A DNA stretch of 64,000 bases from Selaginella moellendorffii (GCF_000143415.4 NW_003314460.1:1-64000), one strand, 5' to 3'. Numbered from the stretch's first letter, positions 1 to 12,899 are shown. The notes: generated from the letters alone by a model not told the origin. Made by a program: numbers and translations.

Positions 1-1030
1 AAAGCACGCACATCAAATTGCAATTCAAAAGATAGCAAAAGGAGGAAGAGCCTACATAGTACTTACCATGAACTTTATGTTCTTCCACAGTTTCCATGAA
101 GGAGTCACGCAATTTACCTGCAATTTACCCGCAAAGTGAAAGAAATAATCTCAAAGCTGCCGAAAAGAAGAATTTTACCATAAACAGTTATGGGCTGGAC
201 ACCTGGATCTTTGATGAAAACTACTGCCGGTGCCAACTCTAATCCAAACCTGCTCCACACGCAAAAGCATAAATCAATTCACGTGATTATCACTAAAACT
301 ACCGGCTTTTCAAAATCGAAGCTTCCTCTTGCCTCCACAAAACACATCCGAAAGACATCAACTCGGAGTCCTTCTTGGCCGCTTCTCTTCTGAATGGAAA
401 TGGACGCTCTTCTGTGTCAGAAAAAAGAATATCTTTCACCTAAAAAGAAGTGCAAAAGAGAGAGATTTTGATTAGCATCATAAAAAAAAAATTTATGCTA
501 CTATACCAGCACCTTATGCGGTCCAGGATTTTTAATGAACTCGGATCTGCGTGACTTTAGTCAGTGCTTGTTTTAGATTTTAGTGAAAATTGTGGCTACC
601 TAGTTCTGAGAAGAATAATAACAAATGCGAGGAAGATCAAGAAGCAGCGTTGCTGTCCCAGTCCAGTATAGAATTGTAGCTGAGGCCTTTGGAGTACCTA
701 CAGTGTTCGCCAGGAAAAGCGGAACAAGGCTTCATGAATTTACCAAATCAGGCATTTTAATTCCCTACACCCCAGTGGCTTGGCAACAAGAGATGGAATT
801 CCTGAAGAAAAAAATGAAAGAAAATAGGAGGTTTACGTGTTTACCATGGCATCTGGTCCACCTCTTTCCTCCCAAGAGCTTTGTGAGTTGAACTTCTCCT
901 AGCTCGACTCTCAAAAGATTAACTTGGCCTTCGAGAACTTCCGCTGGAATCACGAACAGCATGGTTGGAAAAAACACAAACACGCAAAGCATTACCCAGT
1001 CTTCCCCATACTGGTGAGATCCCAAACTTG
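1..1030 (-). pseudogene. Fragment of a plant DnaJ/thioredoxin-fold protein gene (AT1G18700-like), copy 1, truncated by the window edge
   Basis: Minus-strand exons EVLEGQVNLLRVELGEVQLTKLL, LLLDLPR, NPGPHKV and LELAPAVVFIKDPGVQPITVYG match the copy at 41200-43095. Confidence 0.7.
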
Positions 1031-1355
1031 CCCAGTTTTTTTATTTTTCTGTTCATCTGCCACCTCTCATCTTTTACTGGATTTGATTGAAGCTGCCAAA
1101 CCATACCAGCGCTGTCAATTTCGCCTTCATCGCTGTCATTTCCCTTTCATCAGTGTCACTGTCGACCTCGTCCAAAAATGACAGACAGGAAGGGCCTTTT
1201 GCTCATCTCTTTTTCTTCTTCTGGAGCTGACGTTCCTCTTCCCTGCAACACAGATGGACACATGGCCACAGAGATGGGATGTGGGCTTACTTTTTCTACA
1301 GCTTCTCTTTCTCATCCTCCTCTATCTTGGTGTGCAAGTTGTCACTCTGCAGCAG

Positions 1356-1844
1356 NNNNNNNNNNNNNNNNNNNNNNNNNNNNNNNNNNNNNNNNNNNNN
1401 NNNNNNNNNNNNNNNNNNNNNNNNNNNNNNNNNNNNNNNNNNNNNNNNNNNNNNNNNNNNNNNNNNNNNNNNNNNNNNNNNNNNNNNNNNNNNNNNNNNN
1501 NNNNNNNNNNNNNNNNNNNNNNNNNNNNNNNNNNNNNNNNNNNNNNNNNNNNNNNNNNNNNNNNNNNNNNNNNNNNNNNNNNNNNNNNNNNNNNNNNNNN
1601 NNNNNNNNNNNNNNNNNNNNNNNNNNNNNNNNNNNNNNNNNNNNNNNNNNNNNNNNNNNNNNNNNNNNNNNNNNNNNNNNNNNNNNNNNNNNNNNNNNNN
1701 NNNNNNNNNNNNNNNNNNNNNNNNNNNNNNNNNNNNNNNNNNNNNNNNNNNNNNNNNNNNNNNNNNNNNNNNNNNNNNNNNNNNNNNNNNNNNNNNNNNN
1801 NNNNNNNNNNNNNNNNNNNNNNNNNNNNNNNNNNNNNNNNNNNN
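1356..1844. other. Run of N. Other runs at ~8382-8574, 11476-12126, 14594-15186, 16350-16970 and 59331-59466.
   Basis: Seen directly. ORFs made of X residues are artefacts of these runs. Confidence 0.99.
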
Positions 1845-2159
1845 CTCTGATGTCACCTTCTTCTTGAGGTCTTGGATGTACAGTATATGGGACGGGAAAG
1901 TTCTACTTCTCATCCGATGCGCTTCTTCTCCCACAATAAAATTTTAGCATCCAATATGCTCCAGATACGGACATATTAACCGTTTCTTAAACCTAAAACC
2001 AAGCTCTTTGCCACCATGTAACAATCCGCACCATTGCTTTGGAGCGTCACAAATCTGGATCGTTGAATTGAGAGCATCTGCCATAAGTAAAAATGGATAT
2101 TCGAAAAATGGAATATGTGATGCCGATGCCAAAATAGCAACTTTAAATAAAGAGTTTGA

Positions 2160-2190
2160 CTAGCAGAGACCCCAGCTCCGCTGGGAGATA
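2160..2190 (-). mobile_element. Helitron 3' terminus (hairpin + CTAG)
   Basis: Minus strand reads TCTCCCAGC-GGA-GCTGGG-GTCTCTG-CTAG|TCAAAC: a GC-rich palindrome shortly upstream of CTAG followed by T, the canonical Helitron 3' end. Confidence 0.8.
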
Positions 2191-2671
2191 TAGCATACCC
2201 AAGATAAATAGATCTTCTTTTCTAATTTTATTGTATACAAGGTTAAATTTATCAGATGCATTATAATTTATTATCAGATAAATGATAAATCAGAAATCAT
2301 AGATGAATTCTCAATAAAAAATTTAGTTATAATTCCATTGTTGTGAATATTCAAGTGACAATAGAAATGATGACTAACATATATTATTCCCCCTTTCAAT
2401 TATATTCTGAGACTCTCACTCGAGAAGCTCTCATATTCAAAGCTTGATTTTAGATCTTGATATAGTTTATCTCTGGGAGGTATAGCATACCCAAGATAGA
2501 TAAATCTTGTTTTTCTAGTCTTACAGTTTTAGAAATTTTTCTTGTATATAAAGTTAGATTTATCTAAATTTTTTTACTATTCATCTCAAGGGAAATGCAC
2601 AATAATTCAAAAAGATAATAATGCAAGTGTTGGGGAAGATAAAATCATTTTTTATCATCATTAAATTTAAA

Positions 2672-3476
2672 TTTGATGTTTTTATTACCTTTATAACATG
2701 GTGCACAACCCTAAAAAAATCTACAGAATTGCTGCCATGCTTGAAAAGCAATTGAGTTTTCACAAAACCAAAGAATCATAGACTACCAAAAAATTAATAG
2801 GTTAGTTTGAGAAATTATAATTTTAACTGCATACTGAGTTAAATTCTTTTTATCTGAACTATAGTAATGCCTCTAACATTCATAGTTTACTAAAGAATAA
2901 TAGAATTTCTATTATGTGTCTGGTTTACATTTTAAAACATACATAAATATTTATCTAGCTTGCTACCACATTTATATTAAACCTCATGGTTTAGATTCTA
3001 GATTCCAGAGCAAACTAATATTCTCTTTTATATTCATCCAAAGATAATAATTACATTAGAGATATAATTTTGTGTTAAGACAAATCTGTATTACTGCTTC
3101 ATGATAAAATTATAAATTCATTTCTGATATAAGATGTGGTATCTAATATGGTATAAGATATCTCATACACATACAAATATCAAATCAATTTCTTAATAAT
3201 ATCTGAAAATTTAGAAAAGACTTTTATATTTTTATTTAATATTCTTGCTCATAACCTACTTAAATCTATCGTCAGCTTTATATGAGTTTTATCTTTTGTC
3301 TAAATATTGAAAAAATGATTTATTTTCTATAGTTAAAATGTATGCTTTATATAAGTCTGGCAAATATAACTCCACTGGCAAATATAAAAATAATATTTTA
3401 AAAATACTTATATGAGATTTTTTATAAAATAAAATTATTAATACACCTATAATGCAGAACATAATTTAACATAGAT
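2672..3476. repeat. 805-bp AT-rich direct repeat, copy 1 (Helitron body sequence)
   Basis: Near-identical to 5819-6623 (offset 3147). Diverged reverse-complement relatives lie at ~18900-19230, ~37500-37940 and ~39060-39400. Confidence 0.9.
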
Positions 3477-3569
3477 AAAAAATATAGGGTTTTGCAATGG
3501 AGGCAAAATGCAGTCATCTGCGTTGATGCGCACAATGCATGGTTTCTTCGGACTCCTCTCTGCTCGGTT

Positions 3570-5078
3570 TGGCCTTTACTACGGCCTTTTGGACGTCCTA
3601 TGGTTTCCTTCTGTGATGTTTTCCTTCCTGGCGTTAGAGAGTAACTGAGGATCAAACGAAACAAACCTCGCCATGTAAGAGTGCACTGCCTGAGCAAAGC
3701 CAGGCTTGTACGAGAAGAGCAGCCCACGGAAGAGCTTCCCATCGATGGAGGCTTCTAATTGAATATGTCGCTTACTCTAGCCTCGAACATCTTCTCGCCT
3801 AGTGGCTGAACGTGAGCTTGAAACTCTGTAGCATGAGTTTGACAGGGAAATATTGGAGAGGTCCAAGGTTTTCCACAGATACCTCCGTGAGATGAAACCA
3901 AGCTCTTGTCCGCATCCCGTTGCTTGTCTAGCATGAATGGCATGGCACGATACTCTTGCCGCCTTCTCTTAAGTTCCTTACGCATGGATAGCTTTGGTTC
4001 TGATGGATCTTTCTCCCTCAGCATCTCTTCACAGAAAAACGGCAACCATATTGTCAAGAATGGCAGCAATGTCAATAAAAGAAGAAGCCAACCTGTGTCG
4101 AGGAAATACATGTCATCCAGAGCTTCAAGCTCTTCGTTACATCCCCCATAGAAGAATAATATGCCTCGCTCTGCGTTCACGGAATCTCCTGCAAGGGAGA
4201 AACGTGGAGAAGGCCCGGGACCAGAGGGATTCGAAGTCGCCCAAACACCAGTCGCTACAAAATACATAAAAGCCCCATGAGAGACCAACAGGAAACAAAT
4301 CTACCTACAAGCGCGTACTTAAGTCAAGAGTATGGACATCATTGAATAGCTTGCGATCATCAGAGAATCCTCCAAACACGACAAGATACTTTCCATGGCT
4401 GATTGTTGTGTGCCCGGCTCTTGGCATCAGCTCGGCACCAGTCGTCTTTACCTCCGCCATGCCATTGTTTCTGGAAACGCAAATGATTCGCAAGTTAAAA
4501 CCAGCACAATGTATGTACCTGTGTCCAGAATATGAACATCGTTTAGATAGGCATTACCACCGTCCTCGCCACCCATGACAACGAAACAGTTCTTAAGGTA
4601 TGGCTATCCCGAGAAATAGGCGAGACTCCAGTGGTAGAAATCTTCTTCCAGACAAAAGTATCTACAGGGAAAAAAAAAAGTTTAGAAGAAAACAAGGAAA
4701 GTTAACAGGATATTACTCGTGTTCAAAACATGGAGGTCGTTGTAGTACTCCTCCTCTGAGGGATCGCTGGATTTCCCACTTCTTCCAAACATGAACAGGT
4801 TGTCACCAATGAGAGACGCGCTATGTCCTTCTCTCGGAGCAGGAACATCACCAAAGTGTTGGTAGCTGCATCGGATGATAAGAACAAGAAAAAAAAATCG
4901 ATACGGAGCTTACAAGTATCCAAAACAAAGAGTATGATTGAGCGGGCTGGTTCCATCGGTACCACCAAACACATGGAGCTTAGACCCGACGGCCATTGAG
5001 CTGTGGCTGTCTCGAGGAGAAGGGTGCGTTCCTTTCATCACAGGCTTGCTCCAGGTGTACATCCCTGCACGATCCTAC
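3570..5078 (-). pseudogene. Kelch-repeat protein (AT1G18610/AT1G74150-like) fragment, copy A, 5'-truncated
   Basis: Exons MYTWSKPVMKGTHPSPRDSHSS, PRAGHTTISHGKYLVVFGGFSDDRKLFNDVHTLDL, GPGPSPRFSLAGDSV..GILFFYGGCNEELEALDDMYFLDT and KLSMRKELKRRRQE. It has short introns, deletions and an in-frame stop. Confidence 0.88.
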
Positions 5079-5818
5079 CAGAAGAGTGAAGAACCTTGAT
5101 TCTAGTCGTCGATGACAATGTGAATCCCCTCGTTGTCCGAGACGTTGTCCCTGTCGTGAGCTCCATCCACCATAGCCTCTTCGCCTTTCACTCCCAATCC
5201 TCGTCGCATTTCCGAGCAGAGCACGTCGATCTGTCAAATGCACCTGCGCAGGCCGATGCCAGCGATTTTTTTCCCAGCGTAAGTCTGGAAGGCATCAAGC
5301 CTGTTCTTGCTGACCATCGAGCACAACTATGGCGACACAGAGAAAGCTGTGAGCCTCTCAAACCTTTGCAAATGGAGAAACAACCACAACCTCGTTGTAA
5401 TAGGCTGGGACTTTCAGCTGCTTAGGATCGTTGTCCAGTGCCGCTCCCAGGACTTCTTCCGGAGCTGTCCAAAAATGAACGCGTTACAGTTTTTTCTAGT
5501 GTCTAAATCGAAGGAACTCACTCAAAGGTGTTGGATAAGGAACAAATGTAGGTTGCGGCTTTTGGTAGGAGGTTTTTTGGTCCCTCACCAGGCTCGACGC
5601 CGCCGTTGCTGCAATTGGCCGGAATATCTTGGTCATCCTGGAACATCTCAAGTTAGAATCGCAGGGACGACGATAGGGGGGTCGAGACTCTTTTACCAGA
5701 TGATATTCTCAGTTGAGTACTTTTGCCATAAGTGTGACTCTTTTCTTCACGATCTCGGTAATTCTACGAACTCTACAAACAGAGACAAATCCCTTCCTAG
5801 GGTTAGAAATAGGATGTT

Positions 5819-6623
5819 TTTGATGTTTGTATTACCTTTATAACATGGTGCACAACCCTAAAAAAATCTACAGAATTGCTGCCATGCTTGAAAAGCAATT
5901 GAGTTTTCACAAAACCAAAGAATCATAGACTACCAAAAAATTAATAGGTTAGTTTGAGAAATTATAATTTTAACTGCATACTGAGTTAAATTCTTTTTAT
6001 CTGAACTATAATAATGCCTCTAACATTCATAGTTTACTAAAGAATAATAGAATTTCTATTATGTGTCTGGTTTACATTTTAAAACATACATAAATATTTA
6101 TCTAGCTTGCTACCACATTTATATTAAACCTCATGGTTTAGATTCTAGATTCCAGAGCAAACTAATATTCTCTTTTATATTCATCCAAAGATAATAATTA
6201 CATTAGAGATATAATTTTGTGTTAAGACAAATCTGTATTACTGCTTCATGATAAAATTATAAATTCATTTCTGATATAAGATGTGGTATCTAATATGGTA
6301 TAAGATATCTCATACACATACAAATATCAAATCAATTTCTTAATAATATCTGAAAATTTAGCAAAGACTTTTATATTTTTATTTAATATTCTTGCTCATA
6401 ACCTACTTAAATCTATTGTCAGCTTTATATGAGTTTTATCTTTTGTCTAAATATTGAAAACATGATTTATTTTCTATAGTTAAAATGTATGCTTTATATA
6501 AGTCTGGCAAATATAACTCCACTGGCAAATATAAAAATAATATTTTAAAAATACTTATATGAGATTTTTTATAAAATAAAATTATTAATACACCTATAAT
6601 GCAGAACATAATTTAACATAGAT
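5819..6623. repeat. 805-bp AT-rich direct repeat, copy 2
   Basis: Near-identical to 2672-3476. Confidence 0.9.
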
Positions 6624-7642
6624 CAAGAGTGTGTAAGAAATTTTGTACCTTATAATATAAAAGATAACTACTATGAAATTCAAATGATGAAGAGACAAAA
6701 TACTTGAGAAGGAAAAACATAGAAGAAATTTTACAAATAAGGATTAAAAATGTTAGAAAGAGATTTCTAAATGAACTTCTCATGAAAAAGAGTTTCAGGT
6801 TAAACATTAGTAGAACAACTTCCAATTAAATATCTAGATTGTTAGGAATAAATTTGAAAATATTAAACTAAAATTTTCTCAAGATTATATTTAGATGATA
6901 TCATCCTAGAAGTTATGATTATAAAAGCTTAAAGATGTTATGACTTTGAAAGCTTTAATAAACTCTGAAACCTGCAACAATTTTATTCAAGATTGTGTCT
7001 AGCCAACGGATTTTAAATTATATATACATAAAAATTTAAAAAATTTCAGTTTAAATAAAAAATTAAAATTAATATAATAAAACTGAAATTATCTAAATTC
7101 TAACATGATTATAAACAATTAAAGATTATATTAAAGATTAATTTTGTAAGAAAAGCTAGATCTAGCACATAAATAATAGTATTAATATATTTTGTACATG
7201 TTACTATATTTAATATAGTGTAATAATATTATCAATGCTGGGAGAAATGAAAATTAAGGATTAAAGTCCCAGCTACATTGGGAGTATTGTGTTTATTTCT
7301 AATGTCTTAGTAATTTAAAAGAGTTGTAATTGTAATTTTAATTTCAAAAATAATCATTATGATAACATATATAGTTAAACATAATATAATATTTATATTA
7401 AAATTCACCAGCACATCACCTAACATAACATAACCAGCACATATCATAACATAATAAATACTTTGCACATTACTGTTGAGACTGGCAAAGGTCGTCTAGG
7501 AGGTTTAGCACTGGCCCAATTTTTTTATCAGGTCAGACAAACTGTGGTTTTCTTTCCTTGCTAGCTTCCACTATGGGGATTATTGATACTTACCTGGACG
7601 TTGAAATATTTAAAACGTGCCTTCAATGCGACGCTGGATTGG

Positions 7643-7717
7643 GAGCTGGATCCTTTGTCCTGGAGACCAGAGTGGCCGCGAGCTAGATCCTTTGTCCCAG
7701 AGACTAGAGTGGCCACG
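7643..7717. repeat. Imperfect 37-bp tandem duplication
   Basis: gagctggatcctttgtcctggagaccagagtggccgc / gagctagatcctttgtcccagagactagagtggccac. Confidence 0.75.
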
Positions 7718-10227
7718 AGATGGAATGGTTAAGGCTAGGGTTTATGCAGAATGTGGTGGTGGTAACACATCACAGCCGAGCACCCCTCTCTGTTCGATCA
7801 CTGGTCCGCAAAGATCTTGAGGAGATCCTTCCAGCAAACGATCTTATCGATATCAATATCGAGGAGCCACTGAAAAATAATCTAGAGTAACTTCAGTTAA
7901 AGAGATTGATTGAGCTCTCCAGTTGCCAAAGACCCGACTACAATTGCTCTGCTCAAGATGTCCACTGGTGAATTCCAAATATCTTCACACCCAGCTCAAC
8001 GAGCTAATCCAAGTGACGTGCTAAGTAGTGAGTGCCTCACTCTCATGCTTTCCTGTTCATTAAAGTTCCTGTTTTTCCAGTTTTATTGTTAATCCAAAGT
8101 GGAAGTTTAGCTCTTTGTTTCACAGATTTATAAAGCTGACCTACCCAAGAGAGTTCACAAGTCAGAGTCACGTCTCCAACTAGAGGCTTAAGTTCTGCAG
8201 CCTTGAAAACCCCAGGAAGCAATCTTCCACTTCTGCAGAGCCTATCACCTCCACTTCACAACCACGGCCTCATTGCTCACCTGGCCTCTTATAGTTTTTT
8301 TTACCTCTTCTTGTCCTTTTGGTAAGAGCAGCAGAACAAAAGCGAGCTTCCAAAGGAAACATGTGCTCACTAGGGGAGGTCNNNNNNNNNNNNNNNNNNN
8401 NNNNNNNNNNNNNNNNNNNNNNNNNNNNNNNNNNNNNNNNNNNNNNNNNNNNNNNNNNNNNNNNNNNNNNNNNNNNNNNNNNNNNNNNNNNNNNNNNNNN
8501 NNNNNNNNNNNNNNNNNNNNNNNNNNNNNNNNNNNNNNNNNNNNNNNNNNNNNNNNNNNNNNNNNNNNNNNNNNAGTCCTTGCTCTGTTTTCTAGCTTTA
8601 ACAGAACCCACTGATAAACGTTATAGTAATGCAAAACATTAGGAGATTGCTGGGAACAATGATCTATTATCGAACCACCATGATCTATTGCTATAATATG
8701 ACCAAAGTAGGCTGAGGCTGGTTATTGTCTTATGGTGATTTTGCTCTGGTTGTGGGACATGCAATGGAATGGTATCCAATGCTACTTGGCATCTCTGAAG
8801 ATCAAGCCCTATGAAATATCAAAAAAGTATATATGAACAGTAAAGAATATGAGTTTCAACCTTCATTGTGATAATTATGTTACTAAAAAACTGTTATGGC
8901 AAACACAGATATATGACATGAAATAACAGTGTGTTACATAGAGAAACACTTAGTTTGCAAGATTAATCTTATTGTATATCAATTATTAGATGGTAGAATA
9001 AACTAGAGTATACAATATGTATTTGGGAAAGTCTATAAATTCTAAACACATTTCAAAAATATAAATAAAAGACTAATCTTAATGAATAACAACTATTAGA
9101 TAGTAGAATATCCCAAATATCTAAGTATAATCTAGGTACATCAACTACCCTTTTTGTTTACATAAGAAAACCAAAAACATTTTATAATTATAGTATTTCT
9201 ATTTATATATCAAACAGGAATATAAGAAACTCCATATAAAACATTCTAGCTTTTCTTTGATCAAATAACCATGTAATTGTATAATTGTCTCTGACCATAG
9301 ACGGTTGGGCTTTTTTAAAATAATTCCAAAAATGTTATTGAAACACTACTAACACCACTAAAGTAACAAAATATAAATGATAATATAATATTTCTATATC
9401 AGCTTGACTAAAATTTACTAAATATAAAGAAAGAATTCTTTGAAAGCCCAATTCTATTAAAACTTGAAAATTTAATAAGAAAGTAAAGTGAAGAACTATA
9501 AAATCATTTAAAGTATATTTATTCATAAAAGAATATTAATAATATTAAAATAAAATATTTAAGTAGAATATTATCAACAAAGAATATAATAATATATTAT
9601 TTGTTATTTTCATTTAAAATTAGTAAATTAATTAAATATTTCCAAATCATTATTGCACTATTATATAGTTTCAGACAAGAATGATAATATATTAATAAAT
9701 ACTATATAATTTATGATTAATTATGTATTAATTTAATTATTTAATAAAAGTGGGGTTTTTAGCTCATGATTCATCCATTAATTTTCTCCTTTTTGCATAT
9801 TATTACAAAATTAGACTATTTTCTTAAAAACTATGACTAATAGTGTTAGCCTTTTGATAAAGGTTTCAGAAAAGTTTGTTATGCATGTTAAGATTAATAT
9901 GAACATTTTATATATAAAGATGAATATAAAATTTTAGAAATTACTAAATAACAGAAATGTACATGACACTCCCAGAAAATATATATTTGGAAATTTTTAT
10001 AGCTAAAAGTTCTGTATCTAACTATAAATAACTATGATGCATCAAGAAGTGTTTGTAAATATATATTTACTCTAGAGTAACTCAATCACAAAAATTATTA
10101 TTAATGGTAACTGTGATCTTATATAATGATAATTAATTCTCTATAATAGATTCATGACACATAAAAAGTTAGTTCTCAATATAATGAGTTGACCAATTTA
10201 GCATTTATCTTGTGTATGAGAAATTAT

Positions 10228-10273
10228 TGTAGCATACGTGGTTTTCACCCTTTATCCTATGGTGATTTACCAT
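10228..10273 (-). mobile_element. Isolated 46-bp remnant of the LTR end of the nested element family (44181-52309)
   Basis: tgtagcatacgtggttttcaccctttatcctatggtgatttaccat is the reverse complement, with 3 mismatches, of LTR end 45275-45320. Confidence 0.75.
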
Positions 10274-10743
10274 GATGATTTATGGTGATTTACCAAAGTT
10301 ATATGACATTCCTAATTCTGCCACCACTTAGCATCAGTGTTGTTAATGCTGCTCTTGGATGTTCAGTACTACACATAATTTGTACAATAGTAGTTGATAT
10401 CTAATAGATATTCTCATTTGATTTTTTAACTAGAGTTTGGTTAAGAACACATGGGAACTGGCTTGTCATCAAGAAAATGAATTGTCATATGTAAAACTAC
10501 TTATATTTCTATATCTCCATCTAATTTCTGATACTACATTATAAAAGTTAATTACACTTGTATGATGAATGATGATATATCCCAAATTGGCAGTCTTGTC
10601 CAAACCACTAAAGGTGCTAAATATCTCTGATGTGTGTTTTTATATTAGAATTGTTATGTATGTTATGATTAGTATGAACTTTTCAAATATAAAGATGAAT
10701 ATGAACTTTTCAGAATTACTAAATAACAAAAATGTACATGACA

Positions 10744-10773
10744 CTCCCAGCAAAGCTGGGACTTGTGCCTTGG
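10744..10773 (+). mobile_element. Degenerate Helitron 3' hairpin
   Basis: CTCCCAGC-AAA-GCTGGGA in the same upstream context as 24374 and 31631; the CTAG is lost. Half-hairpin copies at ~9969 and ~12873. Confidence 0.55.
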
Positions 10774-12899
10774 ATGAGTGTGATTGAATATATTGCCAAT
10801 AGCAGTAATTTTAGCATGTAGGGTTTGTTTCAGATATCTCTATTGACCATGCATTCTAGGGTTGCTAGATCACAAGTTTCTGTGACAACTCACTACAAGT
10901 AGTCAGTACCTTTCTCTTTGTTAGTCAATTATCAGATTCTTTGATAATTTTTCTTTTTCTCTCTTGGCAGGATTTCTGGAAATAGCATAATCTAGCATAT
11001 AATACAATTCTTGTGGAAAATGAGTATCCTCTAAGGTAGGCTTGCTCAAGAATATTTAACATAACATTAGCATAACCATACAAGTTAACAAATGGTTAAC
11101 AAATGGTATGGTTAATTTTATGCAGGTTCAAACTTTAATTATAATCCTCTATATTTCATTGGCTATAACCTTTGAAAACCAAGCTCATATAAGTGTCATG
11201 ATAAATAGTTATCTCAAACATGTTGTAAACTTTATAAAGACTCAATCCAATACAGCTCACTAATAAAATAAAATAAAATAAAAAACTAATATAAAATTTA
11301 ATCTCCCTCAACCACATATTTTCCTTGTATAAGAATTAAATGTCCAATATAAAACCATTGGAGCTGTGAATGTTGTAGGAAATAAAAAAAAAACTTTATA
11401 CATGTTATGGCCCTTTTTTATTCAGTAACATGACAAAGAAAACCTCTTTTAGGTGTTGAACTCACACTATTGATTNNNNNNNNNNNNNNNNNNNNNNNNN
11501 NNNNNNNNNNNNNNNNNNNNNNNNNNNNNNNNNNNNNNNNNNNNNNNNNNNNNNNNNNNNNNNNNNNNNNNNNNNNNNNNNNNNNNNNNNNNNNNNNNNN
11601 NNNNNNNNNNNNNNNNNNNNNNNNNNNNNNNNNNNNNNNNNNNNNNNNNNNNNNNNNNNNNNNNNNNNNNNNNNNNNNNNNNNNNNNNNNNNNNNNNNNN
11701 NNNNNNNNNNNNNNNNNNNNNNNNNNNNNNNNNNNNNNNNNNNNNNNNNNNNNNNNNNNNNNNNNNNNNNNNNNNNNNNNNNNNNNNNNNNNNNNNNNNN
11801 NNNNNNNNNNNNNNNNNNNNNNNNNNNNNNNNNNNNNNNNNNNNNNNNNNNNNNNNNNNNNNNNNNNNNNNNNNNNNNNNNNNNNNNNNNNNNNNNNNNN
11901 NNNNNNNNNNNNNNNNNNNNNNNNNNNNNNNNNNNNNNNNNNNNNNNNNNNNNNNNNNNNNNNNNNNNNNNNNNNNNNNNNNNNNNNNNNNNNNNNNNNN
12001 NNNNNNNNNNNNNNNNNNNNNNNNNNNNNNNNNNNNNNNNNNNNNNNNNNNNNNNNNNNNNNNNNNNNNNNNNNNNNNNNNNNNNNNNNNNNNNNNNNNN
12101 NNNNNNNNNNNNNNNNNNNNNNNNNNAACTCTATGTAGTGGGTGGTGCTTATATGGGGATGCATCCAATAGCCAAGATACGCAATCCAGTGGATGATCAA
12201 TAGAATCCTCTACCATTGCTGATTTTATCCTTTGTCATCAATGACAATAAAATAATTATGAAAGATAGTGGTTGCTTCTTCAGATCAACATTTGTTTTAT
12301 TAGCACAAGATTTGTCTTGGAAAGAGATGAATATAATTGCATTGCATGGGCAACACTGCTTTGTACACTTCAAACAATTCTACAAGCCCAACATGTATGG
12401 ATTGTTGAGGCAATAACATGTGGACATTAGCTCAATGTGGTGAACACTTCTCAAGCAGATAACTACAAGCTAATGCTCTACTCAACAAGCTGCTAGAAGA
12501 ACATCTGGGCAATCTCAAGAAATTGCAAAGTTGTGTCAGTGATTCAAGATAATAGCATTGAACCAAAGTGATAGATGTTTACAATCTTGATGTGCTATTG
12601 GTAAATACCAATGAAATGTCCTTCAAGGTTAATATAATTATAGAATATGTATTAAAATATCATGGTACAGAAAAGGCTCAAGTTCTTCTTACAATCAGGT
12701 GTGCTTTGCCATACCTTCACTTTCAAAACTTTCAACATACAACCTATTAAGTCTCATGCTTGAATATCTTATATATATGTTTCTTAACTTTTCAAATATA
12801 AAGAAACAATAGAAATGAAAAGCCGAATAAGGAACTTTTCCAAATTACTAAACAACTGAAATGTATATGACACTCCCAGCTTCACTTCTTAGACTGAGA

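Larger units (their letters stand above)
1..2159 (-). repeat. Inverted near-identical duplicate of 40068-42231 (runs off the left edge)
   Basis: Position 1 'aaagcacgcacatcaaattg' is the reverse complement of 42212-42231. ORF pairs 625..891/41341..41607, 765..1025/41207..41467 and 924..1181/41051..41308 are near-identical on opposite strands. Homology stops at the CTAG at 2160. Confidence 0.95.

Noticed and set aside
2672-6623. LTR retrotransposon formed by the 805-bp direct repeats
   Set aside because: No TG/CA termini, TSD, PBS or PPT; the repeat is part of a larger AT-rich Helitron block.
7586-7600. ATACTTACCTGGACG matching the U1 snRNA 5' end
   Set aside because: Similarity stops after 15 nt, with no U1 stem-loops or Sm site. 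It is better read as a consensus splice donor (CAG|GTAAGTAT) on the minus strand.
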